From assembly GCA_965204575.1 (NCBI GenBank), contig OZ241993.1, positions 512,001 through 576,000 of the forward strand: DNA of 64,000 nucleotides, in the 5' to 3' direction. The notes beneath the pieces were generated by a model, which was not told where the DNA came from, did not search any database, and saw only the letters and a list, made by a program, of their open reading frames with translations. Position numbers and translations under genes: made by a program. This DNA is from an uncultured candidatus Porisulfidus sp. (lineage in GTDB: Bacteria > Pseudomonadota > Gammaproteobacteria > Poriferisulfidales > Poriferisulfidaceae). Below are positions 1-8,660 of the stretch, piece by piece; within the stretch, counting starts at the first letter, position 1, and every line of letters begins with the position of its first letter.

Positions 1-2512
1 GGACCTGCCCGGCCTCGTCGACGAAAAGGCAACCGAAGGCGCCCCGAAATTCCTCCCGTGAAAAGAGCCAGGCCGTTCCGCCGACGATACGGGCGGAGTG
101 GATCGCGGCAGCCTGATTGTCCTTCACGCAGGAAACGGCTTTCTCGTATCCCTGCGGGAGGTCGGTTCTGGCCGAAACCTTGTGGGCGATTTTTACATTG
201 CCAGTGCCTTCCTCGCGCAACGCATGGACGCATTCCATCAGAACGTTGCGAATCGCCTCGTGACTGTTCGAAGAGACCGCGACGCGCCGGCCGTCCCGGA
301 CCAGCGCGAGAATGGCGCGCGCCGTGACATAGGTCTTGCCGGTGCCAGGCGGCCCCTGGACCGGAAGGACGGACTGATCCAAAGCCCGCACCGCCGCGAT
401 CAGACCCTGAAGCGGTTCGGATTTTTCATCCAAGGGAAGCGGAGGCGGGCCGCGGAAGCGGGGAGGGTTGCGCGACAGGACGTCTTCGGCCGCCCGGTTG
501 CGGCGGGAGTTGCACTGGTCCATCACAACCTTTCGAATGGCCCCGGGAATCGAGCCCGGATTCAGGGCGAAGCCAGGGAGCAAATCCAACTGGTCGGGAA
601 GTGGCCATCTCGAAGAGGAATACAAGAGAATCTTCCGGCCGCCCCGATCAATACCAGAGATTTCGGCCGAGGCGAAAAAACCGTCCGGACTTGCGAACAG
701 GGCGGACTGTCCCGCTCGCAGTTTCGTCTCCTGCGGCGGATAGCGGTATTCGCGCCCGTGCGAGCCCGCCTTGCCGGATGCGACCAAACCGGCCAGACAT
801 TCCAGGTCGTCGCAAAGATCCTCGAACTCTTTCGCCTCGGCATCGAAGACAGCCCAGGCCTGAGGCTTTTTCTCGCGCCAGTGGAACACGCCAAGATCGA
901 AGAGCATGCTCCGGCGCTCTTCCGGCAAGCCGGATGCGGCAAGCAGGTCCGCGAGTCCCTTGTTCTCGTCCTGTTCCCTCGCCGCCCTCGGCGTCTCCCC
1001 CTCCCGGGCCCGAGGCCAAGACCCTTCCGGCCGAATACCGATCAGCCAGTCGCGCAGTTTTTCAAGCGAGAGGCAGTCGAGGCGGTTGTACTCCTCGAGT
1101 TCCGCGAGGATTCCATCCTCGCCCGTCTCGCGCCACTTCTCGTAGGCGACGATCGAGTCGCCGCCGGACGCGACTTCCCCGTCACGGGGCATGTCGTAGA
1201 AGGCCTCCATGTCCTTGAGCGAATAGGAGGGCTCGGAAGCGAACACGCCATTGCGCACGACGGCGTAGAGATCGACGAAGCGCTCTTCCCGCAACCAGCA
1301 GTCCAGCCGCGCTTCACCCAGGCCATGCCGCATGGCGAGCTTGCGCAGCTTGGTGATCTCGTAAGACGCGTAGTGATAGATGTGCGCGTCCGGGTGGTGC
1401 ACGAAATGTTCTTCGAACCGATTGAACAAGGATGCCAGTGCTTCCTTCTCCGCCGCATGATCGTGCGCCCATAAAGCGGTGAATTCCTGCCCGTCCCAGA
1501 CACCGTGGAGATATTCCAGGCCGTCCGACCCTGCCTCGGCGTAGTGCGGGTCCCCCTCGATGTCGTAGAACAGGTCACCGGGGTCGGGCCGCGGCATCAG
1601 GTCGAAACCCTTCCCGGGAACTGGGGGCCGCAGCTTGAACGAAGGCCCGCCGGTCTTGCGGGCGTGCTGGAGCCGGGCCTGCTCGCGCAGTTTCTCCGTG
1701 GTCTCGTCGGCAAGCCTGAGAACCTTGCCTTCGTGCTGGGCGAGCGCCTCCACCGTCCGGACCCCGGTCGCTTCCAGCTTGGCGACCTGGCTCTTCCGGA
1801 TCCCGGCGATCCGGTAGAGGCTATCCGTCTCCTTCCATTCTTCGGCGCAATGCTCCCGCCAGCGGCAAAGGTCGCAGAAATCACATGGAACCGGACGGGT
1901 AGGCGGGGGCGTCCGGACGAAATCCTCAAGTTGTTCGCGTGTGGCGCGCGCGTAGTCGGAGTGTTCGGCCAAGCGAACAGTGGCCCGCTCGCCCGAGCCG
2001 AGCTGGACATGGGCGCAGTCCGGCGCGAGGCCCTGAACCTCTGCGAGAAGGTCGGAGTAAAGCGCCAACTGGAACACGTGGTCCGGAGCAAGTTTGCGTT
2101 TCAGTTTGGTGTCCATGACCTCGTAGGAAAACGGCCCTAATTCGGATGGGGCCGACACGCGCTCCAAGAAGTCCGCGTAGCCGCCCCACATTCCGTCTAC
2201 AAGCGCGCCTTGGTAGATGATGTCTGGCCCGGCCTCTAAGGCTTCGCGCGTGGCACCCGCCGACTCCCCAAGAGAGAAACCCTCCGCCTCAATTCGCACG
2301 ACCGTCTTGCCTTCGGCCTCAAGCTGCGAAAGATATTCGGTCTCGTGCTGCTCGCCGCGCCTCTGCAGCAGGACGGTGTCTTCGCTGTCCCCGACCGGCG
2401 TGAGATCGTCTCCCTGAAGATAGGCGAGGTCGAGTTGCGTCGCGTGCGGGCAGGCAGTGAACCGCTTGAGGTCCGAGGCCGACAGCCGGATTCCTTCACC
2501 GTCCTTTCTCAT
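1..2512 (-). CDS. TM0106-family RecB-like nuclease fused to RNase H-like and SF1 (DNA2/NAM7-like) helicase domains; 3'-truncated by the window edge
   Basis: Absent from the ORF track because it runs off the edge; translated by hand from ATG 2512: MRKDGEGIRLSASDLKRFTACPHATQLDL; GYADFLER..YEVMDTKLK..HVFQLALYS (PD-(D/E)xK); CDFCDLCRWREH Cys cluster; DLFYDIEGD; Walker A QGPPGTGKT (~335-360); Walker B LFVDEAGQV (~1-30). Confidence 0.88.
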   Translation of the reverse strand, partial: MRKDGEGIRLSASDLKRFTACPHATQLDLAYLQGDDLTPVGDSEDTVLLQRRGEQHETEYLSQLEAEGKTVVRIEAEGFSLGESAGATREALEAGPDIIYQGALVDGMWGGYADFLERVSAPSELGPFSYEVMDTKLKRKLAPDHVFQLALYSDLLAEVQGLAPDCAHVQLGSGERATVRLAEHSDYARATREQLEDFVRTPPPTRPVPCDFCDLCRWREHCAEEWKETDSLYRIAGIRKSQVAKLEATGVRTVEALAQHEGKVLRLADETTEKLREQARLQHARKTGGPSFKLRPPVPGKGFDLMPRPDPGDLFYDIEGDPHYAEAGSDGLEYLHGVWDGQEFTALWAHDHAAEKEALASLFNRFEEHFVHHPDAHIYHYASYEITKLRKLAMRHGLGEARLDCWLREERFVDLYAVVRNGVFASEPSYSLKDMEAFYDMPRDGEVASGGDSIVAYEKWRETGEDGILAELEEYNRLDCLSLEKLRDWLIGIRPEGSWPRAREGETPRAAREQDENKGLADLLAASGLPEERRSMLFDLGVFHWREKKPQAWAVFDAEAKEFEDLCDDLECLAGLVASGKAGSHGREYRYPPQETKLRAGQSALFASPDGFFASAEISGIDRGGRKILLYSSSRWPLPDQLDLLPGFALNPGSIPGAIRKVVMDQCNSRRNRAAEDVLSRNPPRFRGPPPLPLDEKSEPLQGLIAAVRALDQSVLPVQGPPGTGKTYVTARAILALVRDGRRVAVSSNSHEAIRNVLMECVHALREEGTGNVKIAHKVSARTDLPQGYEKAVSCVKDNQAAAIHSARIVGGTAWLFSREEFRGAFGCLFVDEAGQV

Positions 2513-3279
2513 CGTGCCATCCCCGAAGCCCGGAACAACCGCACAAATTCTTCGCCCGACAATGACTCGGCTCTTCGTTGGGAATCAATACCCGTTTCGG
2601 TCCACGCTCGATCCGGAATTTCCGGCAGATTGTTGCGCAATGTCTTCCGTCGCGATGCAAATGCCCGGCGAACCAGACGCGTGAAATCCTTTCGCTCCTC
2701 CTCTTCAATCGGAAGGCTCTCCTTGGGCACCAATCGCACGACGGTGGAGACGACCTTGGGTGGCGGGTCGAAACATTCCGGCTCGACATCAAGCAGCATC
2801 TCCACCTGCATCAGCAGTTGAGCTACCACCGATAACTGCCCGCGCGATGGGTCGCCCGGGGGCGCGGCGAGCCGCTGCGCGACTTCGCGCTGCACCATTA
2901 CGGTCAGATCCGCCAGATGTGTCCGCAACTCCATCCAGCGTTGCAGGAGTGCGGTCGCGACGTTATACGGCAGATTGCCCGCCAGTCGCAAACCTCTCGG
3001 ATACACCGAAAGGTCCGCGCGCAGCGCATCCGCACAACGGATCGTGACTGCCGGGTTGTCAGCAAACTGCCGTTCCAGATGCGCAGCAAGATCCGAATCC
3101 TTTTCGATGGCGATCAGGCGCTTCGCCTGCCCCGCCAGTGAATGCGTCAGTGCACCGCGGCCAGGCCCAATCTCGACCAGAGTGTTGCTGGGACCGATTG
3201 CCGCGACAATTTCCTCGATCTTTGCCGGGTCGGTAAGAAAATGCTGCCCCAGGCGTTTTCGCGGCGGTGGCAGGGTCAT
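2509..3279 (-). CDS. rsmA: 16S rRNA adenine dimethyltransferase RsmA/KsgA
   Basis: KRLGQHFL, EIGPGRGALT, GNLPYNV, MVQREVAQRL, FDPPPKVVS motifs; position downstream of pdxA. Confidence 0.97.
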   Translation of the reverse strand: MTLPPPRKRLGQHFLTDPAKIEEIVAAIGPSNTLVEIGPGRGALTHSLAGQAKRLIAIEKDSDLAAHLERQFADNPAVTIRCADALRADLSVYPRGLRLAGNLPYNVATALLQRWMELRTHLADLTVMVQREVAQRLAAPPGDPSRGQLSVVAQLLMQVEMLLDVEPECFDPPPKVVSTVVRLVPKESLPIEEEERKDFTRLVRRAFASRRKTLRNNLPEIPDRAWTETGIDSQRRAESLSGEEFVRLFRASGMAR

Positions 3280-3281
3280 GG

Positions 3282-3683
3282 TCAGGCGTCGCGCTGCCAG
3301 ACCCGGTCAGCACCTGCGTAGATTTCCTTGATTTCCATCAGAACCGCGCCACGCCCGGGGTAGGAGTCGTCCAGCCAGCCGTGTTTCATCGCTTCGAATA
3401 CCGGTCCGTCCGAATGGTAGGACAACGGCCCTTTCAACTGGTAGGCGCGCCGGGGCTGGGCCAGAAAGACCAAGGCACCCGGACTGCCCGCATCAATATT
3501 GGTCCGGGTCTTGTCCATGGCATTGTCCGCCACAACTAACTGAGCTTCATTGGTTAAGTTCATGCAAAGCACCCAGATCACGTTTGGTGTGCCGTTCGCG
3601 CCAACCGTGGCCAGAGTGGCCAGCGGCTCTCGTTCTTCCCACGCCTGAAGGAACTCTGCCGGCAACGGGGGGACAGGATTCAC
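3282..3683 (-). CDS. Pyridoxamine 5'-phosphate oxidase-like FMN-binding split-barrel protein
   Basis: 133 aa; LATVGANGTPNV, DNAMDKTRTNI, AYQLKG pattern typical of the family; 4-nt overlap with the upstream gene. Confidence 0.75.
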   Translation of the reverse strand: MNPVPPLPAEFLQAWEEREPLATLATVGANGTPNVIWVLCMNLTNEAQLVVADNAMDKTRTNIDAGSPGALVFLAQPRRAYQLKGPLSYHSDGPVFEAMKHGWLDDSYPGRGAVLMEIKEIYAGADRVWQRDA

Positions 3684-3907
3684 GGGAGTCGGTGTTTGGG
3701 GATAGGTATTTTCTCTTTATCTTCCTGCACTGCTGCCATCCAAGCAGCAAAAGCATCGCGAGCCTCTGCGATTGCTTCCTCGACAGTGTCTCCATCTGCA
3801 ATGCATCCTGGCAAGTCGGGAAAGGTGACCACATAGCCTCCACCCTCATCTTCTGGAATGGGAGAGAGATTGAACAAGTAATCCTCGAATTCTTTTGCCT
3901 TATTCAT
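3680..3907 (-). CDS. hicB: HicB-family antitoxin (short form, no obvious DNA-binding domain), orphan
   Basis: 75 aa from ATG 3907; EDEGGGYVVTFPDLPGCIADGDTVEEAIAEARDA is the HicB signature; lower GC than neighbours. Confidence 0.88.
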   Translation of the reverse strand: MNKAKEFEDYLFNLSPIPEDEGGGYVVTFPDLPGCIADGDTVEEAIAEARDAFAAWMAAVQEDKEKIPIPKHRLP

Positions 3908-3948
3908 TGTGCCGCCACAATCAATTCCACTAAGTGTTTGGTATTCAT
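3904..3948 (-). pseudogene. 14-aa micro-ORF MNTKHLVELIVAAQ, probable internally deleted hicA remnant
   Basis: ATG overlaps the pdxA stop (ATGA) and its TGA overlaps the hicB ATG (ATGA); occupies the hicA position; MNTKH resembles HicA N-termini. Confidence 0.5.
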
Positions 3949-4931
3949 GCCGCTTCTGCCCAATGCCGAGCAGCGCGTATCTGCTCCGCTGCACAGTCAA
4001 CAGCCTCGAACAGGCTGCCGGGGTCTGCCTGCCCCGTTCCCGCAAGACCCAGAGCGGTGCCATGATCAACCGAAGTGCGCACGTACGGCAGCCCCAGGGT
4101 CACGTTCACGGCCTGTCCGAACCCGAGTGTCTTGAGCACCGGCAACCCTTGATCGTGGTACATGGCGAGAAACGCGTCGATCCCTTCCCGTTCGACGAAA
4201 GCGGTATCCGCCGAAACCGGACCTTCCACCTGATGGCCGCGTTCGCACAGTGCCTTGATGGCCGGAGCGATGACTTCCTGTTCTTCGCGACCGAAATATC
4301 CGCCTTCGCCGGCATGAGGGTTGAGCCCCAGCACGCGGATCTTTGGCTGGGCAAGGCCGAATCTCGACTGCAATCCGGAAACTAGGATTTCCAGGATGCC
4401 GACAAGGCGTTCCCGGGTCACCGCCTTCGGCACCTCGGCCAGCGGAAGATGCGTTGTTGCGAGCGCGACGCGCAGGGATTCCGCGGTCAACAGCATGACC
4501 GGTTCACTGTTCGCCTGCTCGGCCAGATACTCCGTGTGACCGCGAAACGGAAGGCCCGCAGCCAGCAAGGCGCTTTTTTGCACCGGCCCGGTCACCAGCG
4601 CATCGAATGTCCCGTCCAGGCAACCCTGCCCGGCTTCGGTGATGCTTTCCAGAACGTACGGGGCAAACCGCGCCTCGGCGACTCCCGGTCGGGCCTGGCC
4701 CTGCATCGGGATGGGGCGAACTTCCAGCGCATCCGGCGGTGGGGCAGCATCCGGGCGATACCCCACGATCTGAACCGCTTGCCCAAGTTCTTCGGCGCGC
4801 TGCCTGAGAAGATCCGGATCCGCGAATACGACGCAGCGCGCGGGGTTTTCTCTTTGCGCCAATGCCAGCAGCAGATCCGGTCCGATTCCACCGGGTTCGC
4901 CCGCGGTCACTGCCACGCGCAGTTCAGACAC
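3945..4931 (-). CDS. pdxA: 4-hydroxythreonine-4-phosphate dehydrogenase
   Basis: GEPGGIGPD, GHTEYLA, GLNPHAGE, AMYHDQGL, RTSVDHGTA. Confidence 0.97.
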   Translation of the reverse strand: MSELRVAVTAGEPGGIGPDLLLALAQRENPARCVVFADPDLLRQRAEELGQAVQIVGYRPDAAPPPDALEVRPIPMQGQARPGVAEARFAPYVLESITEAGQGCLDGTFDALVTGPVQKSALLAAGLPFRGHTEYLAEQANSEPVMLLTAESLRVALATTHLPLAEVPKAVTRERLVGILEILVSGLQSRFGLAQPKIRVLGLNPHAGEGGYFGREEQEVIAPAIKALCERGHQVEGPVSADTAFVEREGIDAFLAMYHDQGLPVLKTLGFGQAVNVTLGLPYVRTSVDHGTALGLAGTGQADPGSLFEAVDCAAEQIRAARHWAEAA

Positions 4932-6213
4932 CCTGTTCCTCGGTCATGTAGCGGACATAGGAATTGTTCAGCATCCGCCGCAACCAGATCTCGATCTCGT
5001 CGTTGACCCGCGAGCGGGCGAGATGGTTCAGCGCGCGTGTGCGCAGGGTCGATTCGGTCTCGTCCACCTTGCGGCGTTCCAGAACCTGAACGATATGCCA
5101 GCCGAATGAAGATTGGAACGGTTCGCTTATCTCATCGATTTCCAGCCGATTCATCTGTTCTTCGAAATAGGGGTCCAGCATTCCCGGCGAAGCCCACCCC
5201 AGGTTTCCTCCATCCGAAGCCGAAGCCGTATCGTCCGAATGTGAGCGGGCCAGGTCCTCAAAACGATCACCGCCATTGATTCGGTCCTTCAGCGTATTCA
5301 GCTGGGCAAGGGCCTCCCTATCATCAATGAGGGCATTGGGACGAATCAGGATGTGACGTGAGCGGGTCTGATTCACCATGACCTGTTCCCCGCCTTCCTT
5401 GTCCGCCAGATAGAACAAGTGAAAGCCACTGGGGCTTTGAAGCGGTTCCGTGACCCCTCCGATTTCCAGCTTGGTGATTGTGTCCGCGGCAAAACTAGGC
5501 AGTTCCGCTTCGACACGCCAGCCAATATCGCCCCCATTGAGGGCATTGCGGCCATCCGATTCGGTCAGGGCAAGACTGGCGAAGCTCTCCCCGCCGCGAA
5601 CCCGTTCGGCCAAGGCCTGTGCCTTAGCTCGGCGCCGATCTTTTTCCCTGGGAGCCATCTGCCCCTGCGTTGCGATCAGGATGTGATTCAGTTGGTACCG
5701 GTTGTCGGTCTGAAGACGGTCCGCATGCAACCGGAGAAAGTTGTCGATCTCGTCTTCAGTTACACGCACCAGGCGGCGAGACTCGATTTGCTGCAGATGC
5801 TGGGTTAGCAACTGCTCGTGAAGGTAATTGTAAAAGCTGATGAAGTGAATGCCTTCTTGCTCGATCTGGCGACGAAACTGTCGGGGGTCCATTCCGTTGC
5901 GTTCCGCCAGCGAACGGATTTCCTTCACTACCGCATCGGGGGGCAGGGAAATCCCGCGTTTCTCGGCAAACTGCATTTGCAGCCGGGCCATCACCATGTA
6001 TTCCAGAACCTGGGCGAAAAACTGCTCCTTCGGCGGCAGTGGCATCCCGCTTTGCAGGATCTGTTTCCCGATGATCGAAACGCGTTCTTCGAGCTCCGAC
6101 TGGGTGATGATGTCTTCCTCGACCACCGCCACGACCCGATCCAGAAGTTCAGCCGTCGCAACCCCGGACCCCAATGCCAGGATCAAAGCTGCACCGCGAA
6201 TCAACGTAACCAC
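4924..6213 (-). CDS. surA: Periplasmic chaperone/PPIase SurA
   Basis: Signal peptide, LDRVVAVVEEDII, two parvulin domains (HILI..GGDIGW; HILI..GGNLGW..SSFGWHIV); synteny. Confidence 0.95.
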   Translation of the reverse strand: MVTLIRGAALILALGSGVATAELLDRVVAVVEEDIITQSELEERVSIIGKQILQSGMPLPPKEQFFAQVLEYMVMARLQMQFAEKRGISLPPDAVVKEIRSLAERNGMDPRQFRRQIEQEGIHFISFYNYLHEQLLTQHLQQIESRRLVRVTEDEIDNFLRLHADRLQTDNRYQLNHILIATQGQMAPREKDRRRAKAQALAERVRGGESFASLALTESDGRNALNGGDIGWRVEAELPSFAADTITKLEIGGVTEPLQSPSGFHLFYLADKEGGEQVMVNQTRSRHILIRPNALIDDREALAQLNTLKDRINGGDRFEDLARSHSDDTASASDGGNLGWASPGMLDPYFEEQMNRLEIDEISEPFQSSFGWHIVQVLERRKVDETESTLRTRALNHLARSRVNDEIEIWLRRMLNNSYVRYMTEEQGV

Positions 6214-8477
6214 GCCGACTCCCCGTCCATTTCCCGATGCATGCGGGTTTCGACGTCTTCGCCAACTCCAGCCAAGCCATGGAAACGAACATGGAGCAGC
6301 ACGCGATCATCGTACTCCCCGCCCGGCAACCCCGATTCTCGCCGCACCTTCCATGCGCCAATCCCGACCGTCATGCAGCACCCGCGGTGTTCCAAGGCAG
6401 TCAGCAATTCCAGGCTGCGGTCTTCATGAAAGTCATAGCGGTAGCGAAAAGCCAAGTGCCAGTTGTCACCCAGTGGCAGCAGCGCCTGTGCGTCCGCCTG
6501 TTCCAGTTCCGGCTCGCCCGGTACCCCCAATGCCGGGTTCCCGACGTACTCCACGTTTCCGGCCCGGTGGATGTAGCGAACCTGAACGCGTTCGTCGTCA
6601 TTGCCGTCCCAGCCGAGCATGTGAGAGGCCCAGGTGATGTCGTTGCCGTCGCGGTTCGGATCGTAGCGGAACGCGGACCGGACCTGGAGTTGCGGCGTCG
6701 GCCGCCATTCCATCTGCGCCGCCCAGGCGGACTTCGAGTCATCACCCTCGCCCCCCTTGATCAGGCCGCCTGGCGAGCGGAAATACCAGACCCGTCCAAT
6801 CTGTGCCCGCAACTTGAGATAGCCGGAGATCGGGTCGATCACCCGCGTCGTAAGCCCGGTCGCCACAAGGTCGGCACCGCCGATCCGGTCGCGCCCGGCA
6901 GCCCGGGCACCCCGGAACAGGGCGTCGTAGTCAAGTTCAAATCGCCGGGAGTCAAAGTCCGGGATGTCCGAATGGTCGCGGCGCTGGCGGTTGAGGTAGA
7001 AAAGTTGCGGCTCCAGAGTCTGCAGGGCGCCACTCTCCAGTTGGCGCTCGAAGCGCATCCGGGCATCGACACTGAAGATCGGCAGGGTCCGGCTTGGAGT
7101 CCCTTCCAGCTCTTCTCCCAATAGTGCTGCCGCTTTTTTCGCCTCGCCGGAGAAATCAAGATCGTACTGTGTGTGGCGCCACTGCAGGCGAGGCGTCACC
7201 TGCCAGCCAGTCCCGGCGAAGCGGCGTGCGACCGTCAGCCCCGCATCGTAGCGCTCGCCCTCGACGTGCAACGTGTCCAGGTCGCCTCGGAATACGTCCA
7301 CCGCCAGCATCGGCGACAAAACCAGGCCGGTCGACGGCATCTTATAAGAGCCTGCAGCGCGCACCTGAGGCAGTTGGTCCCACTGTTCACTGTGGCCTTT
7401 GAGCGGGTCGCTTCCGGTCACCGCGGCACTGACGGTCCAGTTATCGGAGCGCCAGGCCACGCGGGCCTCCTGACGCAACCGGGTCGTTGACAGATCGTGA
7501 ATCCCTGCCTTGAAATCCTCCAGGTAGGTCCCGTCGGACACGTTCGTGTAATTCACCTGGTAGTCCCATCCGCTCGGGCGAACCGCACTGTGCCGCCAGT
7601 GCAGCAGGTAGCGATCATCGTTCGCCTTGTTGTCGCTCAGAAACTCCGCCTTGGCCGTGCCGGCCCCATGATGCGTCCGGTAGCGACCACTGGGTTTGAT
7701 CTGGAGCCCCCGCCGACCCAGATACCGTGCCGACAGCACCGCATCGTAATGCGGGGCAAGGTTGAAGTAGTACGGCAGTTCCAGCGAATAGCCCAGATCG
7801 TCGGATGTCCCGATTTCCGGTGTCAGCCAGCCGCTCATGCGCTCCTCGCCGACCGGAAAACCCACCCAGGGCAGGTACATCACCGGCATGGAACCGACTC
7901 GAAGGACGATGTTGCGCGCCTCGCCCTGCCCCACATCCGGATCGATGCGGACAGATTTCGCCCGCACGTTCCAAGCCGGGTTTTCCAGACCACAAGTGGA
8001 ATAGCTGGCCTCTTCCGCCTCCAGCTTGCCATTCGGAGTCCATGTCATCTGCCGCATCTCGCCGGCCCCGCCGCCACCTAAACGAAAGCGGGCTTCGGGG
8101 ACCTTCGCCCGGCTCTCCCCATATTCCAGCTCCACCTGTTCGGCCTCCAGCGCAATTCCCGGCCCACTCATCCGGACCCCGCCGCTGAAGGAAATGCGTT
8201 CCTGTTCTTCGTCGATTGCCGCGGAATCCGAACTGGCGCGCAACGCGCCGTGGCGCACCCGGACATCCGAGCTTAATTCAACCCGGCCGTTTTCGCGTAC
8301 TATTTGCCCCGCCTCTAGTTCGAGTTCTCCGTCTCCGCCGGCTTCCGCGCCGATTTCGATTGGTCCGCAATGCGCCGGTTGCAATGGTTCCGGTAGTGGT
8401 AGGGAATCCTGGGCTCCGGCTCCTGCTACCCAAGCCCCCAAGGCCAAAGAAAGCAGGATGCGGTGGAAAATCAGCAT
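6201..8477 (-). CDS. lptD: LPS assembly outer-membrane protein LptD
   Basis: Signal peptide, OstA-like N-terminus, YSTC, PYYFNLAPHYD, QTLEPQLFYL, C-terminal CC; lptD-surA-pdxA synteny. Confidence 0.95.
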   Translation of the reverse strand: MLIFHRILLSLALGAWVAGAGAQDSLPLPEPLQPAHCGPIEIGAEAGGDGELELEAGQIVRENGRVELSSDVRVRHGALRASSDSAAIDEEQERISFSGGVRMSGPGIALEAEQVELEYGESRAKVPEARFRLGGGGAGEMRQMTWTPNGKLEAEEASYSTCGLENPAWNVRAKSVRIDPDVGQGEARNIVLRVGSMPVMYLPWVGFPVGEERMSGWLTPEIGTSDDLGYSLELPYYFNLAPHYDAVLSARYLGRRGLQIKPSGRYRTHHGAGTAKAEFLSDNKANDDRYLLHWRHSAVRPSGWDYQVNYTNVSDGTYLEDFKAGIHDLSTTRLRQEARVAWRSDNWTVSAAVTGSDPLKGHSEQWDQLPQVRAAGSYKMPSTGLVLSPMLAVDVFRGDLDTLHVEGERYDAGLTVARRFAGTGWQVTPRLQWRHTQYDLDFSGEAKKAAALLGEELEGTPSRTLPIFSVDARMRFERQLESGALQTLEPQLFYLNRQRRDHSDIPDFDSRRFELDYDALFRGARAAGRDRIGGADLVATGLTTRVIDPISGYLKLRAQIGRVWYFRSPGGLIKGGEGDDSKSAWAAQMEWRPTPQLQVRSAFRYDPNRDGNDITWASHMLGWDGNDDERVQVRYIHRAGNVEYVGNPALGVPGEPELEQADAQALLPLGDNWHLAFRYRYDFHEDRSLELLTALEHRGCCMTVGIGAWKVRRESGLPGGEYDDRVLLHVRFHGLAGVGEDVETRMHREMDGESAWLR

Positions 8478-8499
8478 AGAAACAACCTCGCGGCCCGAC

Positions 8500-8660
8500 G
8501 CCGCAAGATAGTGTATTCTACTGTGGGAAAGATAAAGGAAAGTTGGCAGACAGGTCTCTACCTGATTTCCCTATTTCTTGACGCTTCACAGGCCGAGCAA
8601 CCCTCTCACGGGGTTGCCCGCCACCTCCACGTCCAGCCGCCCCATTCCCGAAGGCCAAGA
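8500..8660 (-). ncRNA. Putative TnpB omegaRNA overlapping the 3' end of tnpB (boundaries uncertain)
   Basis: Hairpins GGGCAACCC-N7-GGGTTGCTC (8595-8619) and CAGGT-AGAG-ACCTG (8551-8564) lie in the low-complexity tail after RuvC-III, where omegaRNAs are normally encoded. Confidence 0.6.

Noticed and set aside
98-1474. 458-aa plus-strand ORF
   Set aside because: Antisense shadow of the minus-strand nuclease-helicase, which carries clear motifs; no recognisable domain
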